A stretch of DNA of 64,000 bases from Ministeria vibrans ATCC 50519 (GCA_943704425.1 CALSCP010002679.1:1-64000); one strand, 5' to 3'. Positions 21,800-35,609 are shown, counted from the stretch's first letter. Notes: a model not told the origin generated them from the letters alone. Numbers and translations are program-made.

Positions 21800-24425
21800 T
21801 CATTGTATAATTTTTTTGATCCACGCCCTTGCCTTCGCTGACGAGCTCTGCTGCGTTCCCGGAAACACCTGGGAGTACACGCATCCGCCTTCACGAGCAT
21901 CTAGCCACCTCTCTTCGACCGCAGGTCTCTCGCCAGCCAGCAGGCGATCCACCGCGCCTGCAACATCGTGATAGATGCGCCACCGACAATGGGACGTCAT
22001 CTCCACAACGACGTCAACGACTGGCTTGTGCGCCCTCTCGACAAGCACCTTTCGCCCGCCGTGCCGTTGCGCTCGAGCGTCACCCACTGTCGACGCAGAC
22101 TTTCCACCAATAAGCCCATTGAGCTCGGGGTTGTCAAGCAGCTCCTGTAGTGTGCGTCCGTGCGCAGTTGCAACAGTCGCCGCTCCTCGTTGCGCCACAG
22201 TGCTCAATCCGCGCACATCACATGCTCGGGCAACCTCGTCAATCACAATGACATGGGCGGAGTGGTTCTGCACGGCCTCGACCAGGACCTCATGTTGCTG
22301 CATTCGATCACGCAGCGGTAGTACACGTGTGTGCCGCCCCACAGCTCGATGTGGTGTCACTGAGAAGCCTGCAATTTCCGACGAGGTGTCCACAATAACC
22401 ACATTGACACCCTGCTCGTCGAGGAGGCGGCACACGTCGCGCTACGGATAGTAAACATGTTAGTGTGATTTTTGTACTGCTTGACCTTACGAGAAGAGTT
22501 GTTTTGCCCACACCCGGCGGGCCGAGCAGCAGGCATGAAATGAGCTGCTTATCGCTGTCAAGACGGCGCGGAATCTCGGTGAAAATGTCCCTCAGGGCTT
22601 CTGCGGCAAACTTCACATGACGTCCGACGCGCATGAGCAAGCCTTGAACGACATGGGATCCTCTCGTCCGAGAGATAGTCGCACTGATCCGATGCAGCGA
22701 CCCCGGGAGCCCTGTGCGGTTGTCAGTCGTAAACGGCCATCGTGGGTGACCAGCGGTATCCTCCTCGTCACTTTTCTCGTCCTCGCCGTCAATATCGTAG
22801 TCAAATGCGTCACCTTTGGCCAATTGGTGGTCAATGCTACGCACGAGGCTGCCCAGTAGCTTTGCGTCGACATCTCCCCATGCAGGTAGATCGATGGTGG
22901 TGCGGTCGGAGAAGCGAATGCTGGGGACGCGGCCAATGTCACACACCAATTCGATAAAGCGCGCTGTAGAGTCTGTCTGTGCCTTTTGCTGCACGGCATG
23001 TACAATGATGCGTGACAAACACTGCGGGAGGAAGCGCAGAAGATCGTCCATGGCGTCCATTTCAATCCAAGGCATTCTCTCCAGCCACCACTGCCGAGCT
23101 CTCGCGGCGGGTTCGAGCTCCTCCTCGATGACTGGACAGAGACCTCCGTCTCTCGTAAACGCCACAATGTGTCTGGGCCCTGGAATACTCTCAGGTAACG
23201 CCTCGACTGTGTGGGCAACATCGCTCTCCTTGCACAAGTCCACAATTGACATCACAACGCGGGAGTGAAACGCTTTGAACTGCTCTAGCGCCACGGCCAC
23301 CAGGTGACGCACATCCATGGCGGCGTATTCGATAAGCTCAGGTGAAAGCGGTCGACGCGTCCACAGCAGCGGATCGGCATTCATTCGCTCATGCATTTCA
23401 TGCTTGTTACTATGCGACGGCTGACCATACCACTTCAGCAAAGCAGCCAGACCAATGCGACCCCGATCCGGACCAGACTGAAGCAGGGCATGCATTGTTT
23501 GCGTATCAACAATCTTCAGCGGCGCTTTGAGGTTAGTGTGACGCCTCAGTGTTGTAATGTCAGCGCGAACATCGTGGAACACTTTGAATAAGTTTCCTTC
23601 AACAATCTGACACACAGCGGAGGATACGGCGCGCAAGTTGTCGGTGTTGCGACGAGCAGCAACAAAGTCAAACAGAAAGACGCGATCGGCAGCGCCTACC
23701 TGCACCAAGCACAATTGGCCCGCCTGCGCACCCTCGTACTCATCTGGGACACCCTCGCAATCAACGGCTACCTCAGACTGTTGCATAATGATGGCGAGAG
23801 CCTCGGCACACGACAAGGCATTGTCGATGATCGTGGCGGCGGGACGCAGAGACGCGTTTGACAAAGAAGGTTGAGTAGTGCACTCCGGCTGGATAGGGTC
23901 GATGGTCTCGTCGGCTGCAATAGGGTCGATGGTCTCGTCGGCTGCAGGAAGTATTGGAGGACAGAGCGCGCTGCGGGCTTGATCAGAGTCGTCAAACCTG
24001 CGTTCGGGAGACCTCGCCAGGAGCTGGACGAACACGAGTGTACCGCGACGAAAAATACGGAATCTGTCGGGCAGTGAGTCGAAAAACGCGGCGGAGGTGG
24101 GAAAGACAGAGCGCCAGTTGGGAAACTCCTGTCCAATTGCACCCATAAGTGCTTCGCGCTGGCGTTCTTGGTTCGGCGATGACTGCAAGGAACGTTCGCA
24201 CATCGCCACCATTTGAGAGGCGATTCTCTTTACCCATACGTTGGAGTCGTCATGGTCGAAAATCGCTCCGTTTTGTTGCAAGAAGTGGGCGATTCGTGGC
24301 GGTTTGTAAATCGAGTGGAGAAGGGGGTTGGCGAACAAGCGAGAGCCGAGAGTCGTTTTGTTGATGCGGCCGCCAGCCTTGGACACTGCAGTCCATGCGA
24401 TTTTCACTGCCTTTTCGTTGGACAT
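21800..24425 (-). CDS. Fusion protein: putative LOTUS/OST-HTH-like N-terminus + DEDDy 3'-5' exonuclease (EXD1/Egalitarian-like) + Ycf45/SpoIIIAA-type ATPase. Exons 24425-22491 and 22441-21800, ~858 aa
   Basis: Exonuclease: AVDCEG, LCLVQV, KVFHDVRAD, VDTQ, YAAMDV. ATPase: IELVCDIGRVP, DNRTGLPGSLHRIS, MRVGR, GPPGVGKTTLL|RDV, VDTSSEIAG, EAVQNH..VIVIDEV, ATAHG. The 49-bp intron GTAAGG..CACTAAC..TAG restores the Walker A helix. The LOTUS call is weak. Confidence 0.85.
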
Positions 24426-25034
24426 GAACTCCTACACATTGGACCAGGGATAAGGGCAAACGAAACAGGCACCAGTGAACGAGACGAGAAAAAGAAAAAA
24501 AAATGGAGTTGATACTAATAATAATAAATTTATTATTGATGATAATGACAAAACAAACGCGACTGCAAGTAGTCACTTAGTCCGCACAATGTACTATTGG
24601 GTTATTTGGGTATAAGGAGGCGAAGAAAAGAAGCACAAATGGAGCCATTGGAGCGCGATGGCTGCGGCGGTACTAGGAGAGGGTTAGCTGGATGGACGCT
24701 GGATCCCGCCCGCATCACGCATCACCGACCCTCGCAAACTGTTAGGCACAACCCCTTGAGGTCTTGACACAGATATGGCTTACTTTGATAATTGAGTGTA
24801 AAAAAGTCAAAAGCGTGTGTTTTACTAATTAATAGTTGAATCAACTTCGATTTTTTTTTTTGTTGTTGTTGAAATTGAGTCAGGGAAATATGACGAGCTG
24901 AATCTCCTGCAAAACCGACGGTCGACAAAGGATCTCAGAAGACTCTCAAGACTGGCAAGAGCGCCGCAATTTGCACCGCTGGGCACTGGTGGGACTAAGT
25001 AGACGGCGAGCTCGGCACCAACCAGGGGGATGAA

Positions 25035-25535
<501 letters not shown>

Positions 25536-25586
25536 ATTTTTTCTTCTTATTCATTTTGTTTTCGTTAATTTGGTAATTATTCATTA

Positions 25587-27364
25587 TCACTTCATTTGCA
25601 AGTGTGACAAAAGCTCCGACGCAAACGCATTGAAACTAAACATCTCGACGACGCGTTTACGACCTGCAAGGCCCATGCGCGACGAGCGGGCGGCGCCCTC
25701 TTTCCCGCAAAACAGGAGCATCTTGGCGGCCCAAGCGTCAGCGGTGGGGTCGCAGAGAAAGCCAGTTTGGCCGTCAACGACTGTCTCGAGGGGACCTCCA
25801 CTGTTGGCCGCAATCGCCGGACGACGAGTGTACATGGCCTCAAGCGGCCCAATGCCAAAATGCTCGTTTTCTGGGGTGTACAAGAGACAGGAGCAGCGCG
25901 CAAGCAGTTGCAGCTTATGAGCGTCGCTAAAGGACCGCAAAAAAGTCACTTGGTCGCGAATGCCTACACAAACAACACCTCACATTTTCAAGACCAATCA
26001 TGCACGTAAACCACACTGACCTGTCCGCTCGCAGTATGCGACAAGCTCCTCGTGGTACTCGACGTTTTGTCTTTCGCGTGTATCATATCCGCCTGACCGA
26101 GAGACGGGAAGAGAGGTAAGGCAAGTACAGAGGCACACGCAAACAATCGTAATATCGAGCACAGAGAGCCAAGCGATAATTGACACAGAGACAAAGAAAA
26201 AAAAAGAAAAAAAAAACATACACAATGACACAGAGGTAAAAGAAAACGAGAGAAACACACAAAAAAATAAGACATGCCAAGGCCTACCGGCGACAATGAG
26301 ATGAACCTGCGCTGCCTTCTCGTCGTCCAGCTGTTGTCGCAGCAATGAAAATGCCTCGACGGCTAGCATGAGGTTTTTCTTTCGCTCATATCGATTGATG
26401 GAGAGAAACACCGTCGTGGCTCTAGGCGAAAAAGAAACCAAAGCAAACAATGTCAGATAGCTTTGCTAGCTCCGCGGCGTCTTCTCACGTGGATGGAGCC
26501 CAGCTGACGTCCGGGTCAGCAGAAGGAGTGCGGTCAAAGGCAGAAAAATTGATGCTGGGGTAAAGAACATGGGGGGTGCCAAGCGAAGGGAATGCGCGAG
26601 TAAAGACGGAGCGGGTAAAGCGGCTGTTGACGAGGACCCGGTCAGCCATGCCTGTGGTGCGTTCCTCCAACGTGTCGATGGGAAGCCTGTACAGTCGCTT
26701 CGCCACATTGGTGCGTGTCGTAAGCATGCGGTCGGGGTAATGGCAGTAAAACACAATCTACATGTACAATAATAATTATTAGTATACATTGAATACGATT
26801 CGCGCTCGCTCACCTTGACCCCTCTTCTGAGTCGAAGCACAGGAATACAAGCGGAGACAACGTCGCAAAAATACACATCTACAGGATCCTTTTCGAGAAA
26901 TACGACACACAGCGCCAGCACAATCATCCGGATGTATGCGAAGAGAGCGAAAAAGCGACCGCACAGCGAGCGAGGCAGCCAGTCGCCGTACACCTTGACG
27001 GGAATGGTTCCATCGCGCGTCTCTTCGAAACACCGACCAGGTTCATGGTGGGCAGTGAACATCCGCACCTCGGCACCTCGCGACTGGCATGCCAGCGCTG
27101 CATCGACAACGAGGCGTTCGGCGCCGCCTAACCCAAAAATGATGTGGACGTTGTTTCATTTCGTGTCGCTCTCGCTCTTTCACATGGGACGCTATACTCT
27201 CAACGGCTACGAGGTCTTACCAAGCCCGAGATCAGGGTGGAGAAATGCTACTCGTAAGGGAGAGCTCACAGGTGTGTCGGGTACTTTTGGAGTTCGTCTC
27301 GACTAGACGAACAATTGACGATCAATTGGACGCATCGTGCACCACACACTCATCGTACTGTCAT
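25587..27364 (-). CDS. ALG2: Alpha-1,3/1,6-mannosyltransferase ALG2, multi-exon
   Basis: [10 protein letters not shown]|[80 protein letters not shown]. The start MT|SRR is inferred from splice sites. Confidence 0.93.
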
Positions 27365-27505
27365 CCCCCCTCAAGACAAATCAAAGCAACCCAAAGCAAG
27401 CAGAATGCAAAAAATAATAGAAGATACTATTATTCACACTATTGGTTCATTCCATGAATTTTTCAGACATTTAAGATTAAAGATTAGGAAGAAGACATTA
27501 TAAGG

Positions 27506-27613
27506 AAATGAAGTGAAAAGTTTACTCAAGGAGATTAAAATATAGTACAATGAAGAGTAATACAATGCTTGAGCCATAGGCTAGCCCCAAGAAGATGGAG
27601 CACCCAAAATACG
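27506..27613. repeat. Diverged short copy of the family B terminus
   Basis: aaatgaagt(c)gaaaagtttactcaa..gagtaatacaat..aagatgg..ccca..aaatacg is shared with 12004-12136. Confidence 0.7.
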
Positions 27614-27614
27614 A

Positions 27615-28026
27615 TTAGTCCACATCGACTTGTCCGGGATCGAATTCGTCATCTTCACCCTCTGCCTTGCACTGAGAGGCAAGATAGGACACGTTTCGGA
27701 CGGTTTTACGTTCGGCAGGCGAGCAGAAGATGTGTGAGGCGATTTCGTAGCCAATACACCTGAGCTTCATTGCGTCTTCAGTCAGCTCAGTAGTGGCTGC
27801 GGTCGGGTCAAAGTCGTCGCGAAGGAGCGTGGCTGCTGCGGCCTCGCGGGCTCCTTTGTCGGTGTTCTGCCCAGCCTTTGGGTGGTACAGGCTATCGTGC
27901 ACAATGGGCATACCCAGACGTGCGAGAATCGCTCGAATCTGGTGGCGAAACCCTTGTGAAATCATGGCGACAACAGGAATCTCTGAAGCGCGCTCGCTGT
28001 CTGTCGCGTCATCATTCTCTCGACCG

Positions 28027-28079
<53 letters not shown>

Positions 28080-29402
28080 GGAAGCCGAATTGGACACATC
28101 AGAGCGGCGGTTGGTCCCGGCACCCTCGCGCAGGGCGACGGTGGAGAAGACGAACATTGTAGTGCGGGTGGCGGCTGCGTCAGGGTTCTTGGGCGTGCCT
28201 ACGTCCGTGCGGTAGCGACTGCCGTGGCTCAACGGTGCGGTGACATGCAGTACAATCGTCGACATGCCACCCGAGGCACCGAGCATAGCGGCAGCATCCG
28301 TCTCGGCGTACTTGTACCCTTGCGCGCGAAAGTGTCGCCGTTCAACGCGCACCGTGTCGGGCAAACCGAGGTTGAGCCAGTCGGCAATGTTGTCACCCGC
28401 CTCTGCTCCTGGTTTACCCTGCAGCAAGCGGCGACAAAGAAAAGGTGGTATCGTGGCGGCCGCCGAGTAGAAGGAGCGCATACGTCCCTGGTCGCGAATT
28501 TTGCACAGGATCTTGTTGATGGGACGCGAACGGCACACAAGGACCCAACCCTCGGTGTCGTTGTCCAGGCGGTTCACAATGCCCTGCTCTGCAACATCAG
28601 AGGTGCCGCCAAGCGTTGCCATCAGATGCGCCTCGACAGTGCGGCTGGGATCAAGAAAATGAAGCGATAGGGTTGGCATACCGCTCGCTTTGTACACGAG
28701 CATCGGCAGGAATTGCCAGCCGTAGCGGTCGCGCGTGTGTCGCTCGCGTCGCTGCAACTGCGAGACCCATCGTTGTACAAGGTTGTTCCACGAGGTCGAG
28801 GTGCCGTCGTTGTCGTCGTCGTGGCGTTTCTGGAACTGTTGCGGATTACGGCGAATCAAGCCGGTCTGGATCTCTTCTTTGAGGACGCGCGTTGGCGCGT
28901 ACAGATCGAGCGGCACCTTAGGCAGGTCGCGTCGCATTCGCATCATGTGGTACCAGGCGTCGCTCTGTACCATGAGCTTGGCGACGCCCGAAGCATTGTC
29001 TTTGATCACCAAATCGTTGCGCATCCGATTTTCGCCCAGCATGGTGCAAATGAGGCCGGAGCGCAGCAGAGTCTTTGCCTTGGTGGTACTCAGACCACCC
29101 GGCGCGCGTTCGCCATGGCCCCGAACGCACATTGACAGCGACGTGTCGCGAGGGCGATAGCGAATGGATCCGACCTCGACCATTTCCTCCGGCTGCGTCG
29201 TGGCTGCCGGGCCATGTTGCACCTTACGGCGGCTTGCTGAGGGTGCATCACTGCCGCCGCCACGACGACTGTGGCTGGGGCGCGCCGAGGGCGGCGAGTG
29301 CGCTCGTTTGGGTGTAGCGACCGCACTTGGACCACTCGCCTGCAGCGATCGATTGGAAATGGCGCCCGCAGCACGATGCACAGTGCTCACACGTCGGCCC
29401 AT
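27615..29402 (-). CDS. RluA/RluD-family pseudouridine synthase with a poly-Asn insert, possibly organellar; the start may extend to 29483
   Basis: GIVNRLDNDTEG (motif II with the catalytic Asp), GFRHQIRAILARLGMPIVHDSLY, MKLRC; Arg/Ser-rich N-terminus. Confidence 0.85.
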
Positions 29403-29686
29403 CTGGATGAATGAATACAAAACGTGTGGAATTGTTGGGAGTTGGGAGTTGGGACAGTTGGTGGCTATTTGAGTATCATTCATTCAGTTCCGACTCGAAA
29501 AGCCAGAACACGAGCAGCGCAGAAGAAGTACAGAGTACGGAAAGCTAAGCAGTTCAGGGTTTAGTGGACCCAGTGGAGGCTGGAGAGTCGGATACAGCCT
29601 CAGAGTCTAATTTGGTACAACTTGTGAAATGTCCAATAATTATTGTCAATTTGCATTTTGCTATTATAAATTTTATTACTTTTTTC

Positions 29687-31050
29687 ATGCTCTTCCTACG
29701 TCGCGCCATGTCCACTGCCGCTGCCCCTGTCCGACTCCAATGGCGATCGCTGACGCCGGAAAACATCCTGAGCAAAGCGCGAGAGCTCGTGTCTGCCTCA
29801 GAGGGAGTTTTGGACTCGGTTGGGTCGCTTGCGCCCGACCAAATCAATGCGGCGTCGGCTGTGCGACCGCTCATCAACAACGTCTGTGAAATGTCCACCA
29901 TTGGCTCGCTTTGCGACTTTCCCCATCATGTGTCGGAGGACGAAAAGCTCCGCGAAGCCTCGTCGACAGCAGAGAAGATTTTGAGCGATCACTTTGTGTC
30001 GGCGTCGATGCGCCACGACGTGATGCAGACGCTGCAGGCGTTTGTCGATCAAGGCGGCCTCGCCAGTGTCGATGCCGAAGTGCAGGTACACCACTGGAAG
30101 CGATTATGAGGAGCGCATTCCATCTTAACCTTTAGCATAGCGATTTGTGGAACACTCGTTGCGCGACTTCAAACGTAACGGACTGCATCTGGAGGAATCC
30201 GTTCGGTCCCAAGTCAAGGTATGTCTATGTCTCCGTCCGTGTGTTCACTTACTCTGTGTTGGTAGGAGCTCAAACAGCACATGTCAAAGCTGTGCATTGA
30301 CTTTCGTTCGAACCTGAGCAAGGTATGAAGAAGAGGTCTTGCTATTTATTTTTCTAACGTGTATTATAGGTGGATACCAAAGTGACCTTCACATCGGATG
30401 AGCTTTTAGGAGTGTCCAGTTCGATTTTGGAGGGGCTGGCACGCACACCAGAGGGACTGTACTTGGCGCCCCTTGACTATCCAGTGGTGTTTCCCATCCT
30501 CAAGACGTGTCGTGTGCCCGAGTCGCGTCGCAAAATGGAACTGTACATTTTTCTTTATTATATCTTATTAGTATTAAAATTCACGGCTTGTATTTGTTCT
30601 GCAGGGCATTCCAGACGCGGTGCAAGGAGGAGAACAGCGCGATTCTTCTTGAGCTGGTCGGTCTGCGTCACAAGACAGCACAGTTGCTGGGTTATGCAAC
30701 GCACGCCGCGTACATCACGGAAACGCGCATGGCCAAGACCCCTGAGCGCGTCCAAGACTTTCTTGGCGATCTGTCACAACGTCTCAAGGTGCGCATTGTC
30801 ACCCTCGACTTTTTCATCGGCTCTCTCTCTCTCTCTATCACTTTGTTTCTTTCTCCCTCCTTTCTCTCTCTCTCTCTATCACTTTGTTTCTTTCTCCCTC
30901 CTTTCTCTCTCTCTCTATCACTTTGTTTCTTTCTCCCTCCTTTCTCTCTCTCTATCACTTTGTTTCTTTCTCCCTCCTCTCTCTCTATCACTTTGTTTCT
31001 TTCTCCCTCCTTTCTCTCTCTCTCTCTATCACTTTGTTTCTTTCTCCCTC

Positions 31051-31145
<95 letters not shown>

Positions 31146-32664
31146 GTTGCCTTACGTTTTATCACTTTGCTCCCCCTCTCTCATTTTGCTCTTCCTCCCT
31201 CTAATCACTTTGGTTTTCTCTCTCTCACACACACTTTCTTTGTTCTCGTCCTTTTATCGTGTTTATGTCACTTTGATTTTTCTCTCTCTCTTCCTTTGTT
31301 CCTTCTCCCTCCTCTCTCGCTTTATCGTACGTACAACGCAGCCATTGGTGGAAAAGGAGTTGGACGAGCTGCGCGCACTGAAGAAGGAAGAGTGCGTAGC
31401 TAATGGATGGGACTACGACGGTGAAATCAACTCGTACGACCTGCGCTACTACGAGCACATGATAGAGAAGAAGAAGGTACAGCCGAGTTGAGGTACTTTC
31501 ACATTATCTATCGACTGACTGACTGGGGTGGGGCACTTACTTAGTACATGGTGGACCATGAGGCCCTCAAGGCGTATTTTCCACTGGAGCAGGTCATCGC
31601 CGGCATCTTTGCGACGTACGAGAACATGCTTGGCCTACGCTTTGAGAAGCACACGAGCGGCGTGTTGGACACGTGGCACGACGAAGTGCAAGCATACGAT
31701 GTGCACGACTGTGCTTCCGACTCTGTTATTGGCCACTTCTACCTTGACCTTCATCCCCGTCCAAGTAACCTCCCATTTTTTTTTGTGTTTTTTGTGTTTT
31801 TTTTTTTCTTTCCTTTTTTCTTTTCTTCTCGTGCTCATAGTTTCTTTCATAGACAAGTATGGTCATGCGGCATGCTTCACGTTGCAGCCGGGCTGTGTGA
31901 CGGCAAGCGGTGTCCGTCAACCGGCCATTGCGGCGATGGTGTCCAACTTCACTCGCGCGTCGTCTGCGTCGTCGCCGGCGCTGCTGCAGCACGACGAAGT
32001 GGTGACGTTTGCCCATGAGTTTGGCCACGTGATGCACGTCGTGTGTGCCACTGACGTCTCTTGTGCCACCTTCGCCGGCACCCGAGTCGAGCGAGACTTT
32101 GTCGAGGCACCCTCACAAATGCTTGAGAACTGGTGCTGGCAGCCCGAAGCACTGCAGGCGTCGTCCGTGTCGGGTGGTGCACCGCAGCACCTGGCAAGTA
32201 TCCCCGAGGACATGGTGCGAACGTTGGTGCAGTCGCGTCTGGCCAATGCGGCGCTGCTGACGGCGCGACAGATTGCGCTGGCGCAGCTGGACCAGACACT
32301 GCACAGCAGCGGGGACTGTGATATGGACTTGGGAGAGCTGTACGGGCGGCTGGTGCAACAGTACACGGGGGTGCGCATGACGCCTGGGACGTGCATGCCG
32401 GCGTCGTTTGGACATCTGGCGGGTGGATACGATGCGCAGTACTACGGGTACTTGTGGGCCGAGGTGTTTGCCATGGACATGTTTGAGAGTCGCTTCAAGA
32501 AGGAGGGCATTTTCAATGCGGCGACAGGAGCCGACTACCGCCGGTGTGTCCTGGCGCCCGGTGGCTCACGTGACGCTGAGACACTCCTTGCGGCCTTTCT
32601 TGGGCGTCCGCCGTCTAACGCCGCCTTCCTGCTCAGCAAGGGCATCCACGCCGCCTCCTCGTGA
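29687..32664 (+). CDS. Peptidase M3A (thimet oligopeptidase/neurolysin-like), multi-exon
   Basis: DFKRNGLHL, LDYP, RMAKTPE, AYFPL, FYLDLHPR..KYGHAA, HDEVVTFAHEFGHVMH, VERDFVEAPSQMLENW, FGHLAGGYDAQYYGYLW. Confidence 0.93.
30822..31141 (+). repeat. Intronic minisatellite (~6 x (CT)nATCACTTTGTTTCTTTCTCCCTCC) followed by (CT)n
   Basis: Read directly within the long M3A intron. Confidence 0.9.
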
Positions 32665-34385
32665 TGAATTTAATCATGTTTGGCGTACCATTGCGTTGTT
32701 TGTCGAAATACAAATAATTGTATTGAAAATAATTACAGCACCTTTTTTTTTTTTTTTTTTTGAGTACTAACGTTTCAATTTTCCATTGTACGCGTACATG
32801 AGAGGAAAGAGTGGACTTGAACGACTTTAATTATTAGTCAAAGTTGATAATACTAATAGTAATAAGAGAGATTATCATGACTGTTAAATTTGAAATAAAT
32901 ACAGGGTGCCTGTTTCGGTGTCTTGTNNNNNNNNNNGGGGGGGGTCATTAAATAGGATGGAGTTAGCCAATGGAGTGAGCACGCAGTCGGTGGCCGCGTC
33001 TGGGGTCGGGGCGGTGCAGCGGGGGCGCTGCGACGGGACGGTGCTTTCTGACGGACGCGGGCGAGTGTCGCGTGATCCTGGATGTAGTCAACGACGATGC
33101 AAACGGAGTTACGCCAGTGTCGGGGTTGCACGATCGAGGGAACGGGGAGCCATCCTCTGATGAAAAGGAAACACATTGTTTGATTGCTCTTCGAGTGTTC
33201 ATTTGAGTCGTACGAAGGTGTCCCAGAGATGAAACAAACGCGTCCGTCCATGCGCTCGGCTCGTGTTCGCTACACACAACAACAAGAAATAAGTCGTAGA
33301 AGGAGAAGAAGACATTTATAATAAAAAATAAGGACAAGGAGGAAAAGAGGTTTGGTAAAAGAAAAGAGAAAGAGACGTTTCGAGAGAATGCTGCAGGCGG
33401 AAACGCGCAAGTTTCTTCGGTTCGCTTAAGCGATTCACATCCATACAACGTCGGCAAGTGCGTTGGGGAGAAAGCGGGGCTCGGTGGCGCTGTTTACGTC
33501 GTCTTTTGCATATGCTCCATTCGCAACCGAAACGGTCTGAAGCGGAGTCAAAGCCCCAGTCAAGGTCGCTTCAGCGGCACATGCAATATGTCGGGTGCGT
33601 GAGAGGGCGCACGGCGGCGAGTGGCGAACTTGGAACTGTGTGGAAGCGATTCGTCGAAAGAAAAAAAAAAAAAGAGAAACGTTCTCAAACTGCGGTTTTC
33701 ACCGGGAAACGCTGCCCACTGGCTCCGTCTGAGCAGCTGGCACTCAGCAATGTTTCACGGATACGATGTGTAGCGGCAGTGGGAACACGCCATTTGCGGT
33801 GGGACGCGAAATTCAAAAAAAAGCACTCTTGAAACTCAAATCAGCCAAACTCAACAGGGGAAAACTTACAAGAGGGTTCCGCTCATCTGTCGTCGTGGTG
33901 TAGGCTCTAAAAGAGGTTGTCGTGAACGAGCCACGGGGTGGGGCTCGCTGTGGCTTCGTTTGACAAAAAGAGTCATTGAAAGAGAGGAAGATAGTTTTGA
34001 AGCGAGGAGAGGGGCGAGAGGCAAGCCCCAGGAATGGGGAGAGGGTCTACGGCGTTGGTAATGAACTATATACTAAAATATATAATAAATGCAATTGCAT
34101 TTATTGTCATTTGTCAAAACTCAAAAGATTTCAGATTAGAAGACATTTCCAATTTATTGTCAATCACAAACGAAAAGCGACAACACATTCAGCTCAAACC
34201 CACTTTCTAAGCTACGGCCTTATTTATTTGTCGGCCTACGAGAGCATCGTCTGCGTCGAGAATTGATAATGAAGATTGAAGCATTTTTGATTTGTTGATA
34301 AAGTTAATACACTTGGAATCATACAATTGATACAATTGGTACACGTTTGTTGAGAAATGCCACTTGGGCCTTGGCGGCGGCCGTG

Positions 34386-35213
34386 TCAGTCAGACTTCTT
34401 TCCTGGTGTCTTCACTGTCTTGCGCTCACGCGTGACAATGAGCGCAGCGATGGCTGTCGCCGTCACAAGGTACACTGCGATGCGCTGTGGCAGTCCAACG
34501 AGGTGTGCTCGTTGGTAGCGCTGCTCCTTTTCATATTCTCGTTGTGCATTTTGTCGTCTCAGTCGTCGTTGTTCTTCGTGTTTTTCATAGTGATGATAGT
34601 AGAACTACGAGCACCACCGTGTCAAATGCAAACCACTCCCTTGCACGAACACAAAACCTTGTTGATGTCAAACTGAATGTCTCCTTCGGGTCTCGTGATG
34701 GTTGATCCGCGAGGCCTATGAGCGGCTGTACTTCGTGAAGACGAACGGGTGGCACGGCCATGCACTGATTGGTTGACCTACACACACACAATAGACTAAC
34801 AGTTACTTCTTGAAGGAATATAACAATCATGCCTAACCCTTATCCGACGATCATAACTCTTGCGTGCGACTGGATCACTGAGCGTCTCGTAGGCCTCGGA
34901 TATTCTCGAGAAGAGCGCGGCAGAGTCAGACTACATGGGAATGTGAGGTTGGACTTGAGGGACAGGCAGCTCTCATTACGCTCGTCGATGTGTCTGGGTG
35001 GTGTTTCAGCGAGAGTGCATAGTACGCCTTTTTGATTTCGGCTTGCGTTGCCGACGGCTTCACGTGTAGGAGGGTGTAAAAGTTGAGCGAGGGGCCGGTG
35101 CTGGTGCTGAATTGTCGCGAGCCCTGTGATGCGAGCGCGGATCGACGCGACAGCCCGAATTGCAGCTCCACCGACGACCCACACAGGAAGGGTACCAGTC
35201 GCAGCCGAAGCAT
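34386..35213 (-). CDS. Mitochondrial-type DnaJ protein, DNAJC30-like, 4 exons
   Basis: Presequence-like MLRLRL...SRQFS; J domain NFYTLLHV...[27 protein letters not shown]...RKSYD; FDINK|FYYHHY motif; C-terminal hydrophobic helix. Confidence 0.85.
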
Positions 35214-35326
35214 AGAAACAAGTGCGTCTCCCAGATGTCAGATGTCGGATGCCAGAGGGAGGGAGGGAGGGACAGAGAGAGAGAGAGAGGAGAAAGAAAC
35301 AAAGTGATAGAGAGAGAAACAAAGTG

Positions 35327-35380
<54 letters not shown>

Positions 35381-35609
35381 CACGAGCCAGGCAAGAGAAA
35401 TATTATGGGGTTTCCAGTTGGTTGGGCGGTTCACACACACACACACACATACACACACAGTTTTATCGCGTCAGATCGCCACCATTGACCAACTAACAAT
35501 ATCTCTGACCTCAAATAACTAATCTCAGATTGTATTTTAAAGTTAATAGTTTATAGTTTGTACTTTGTACATCTTTTCTTCACTTTGCCCATATACACAC
35601 ACGTTCAGT

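Noticed and set aside
20752-21841. Long ORFs of 267-341 aa in the ORF track
   Set aside because: They are runs of X across the N gap.
23893-23946. 27-bp in-frame duplication (ADETIDPI x2); also poly-Asn in RluA and poly-Gln/Ala/Gly in CNOT1
   Set aside because: Ordinary slippage in disordered linkers.
30370-31491. 373-aa and 298-aa ORFs with SLSLSL/FLSPS repeats
   Set aside because: Read-through of a CT-rich intron of the M3A gene.
32853-34266. Short ORFs between M3A and DnaJ
   Set aside because: No recognisable motifs, and the region is interrupted by a gap.
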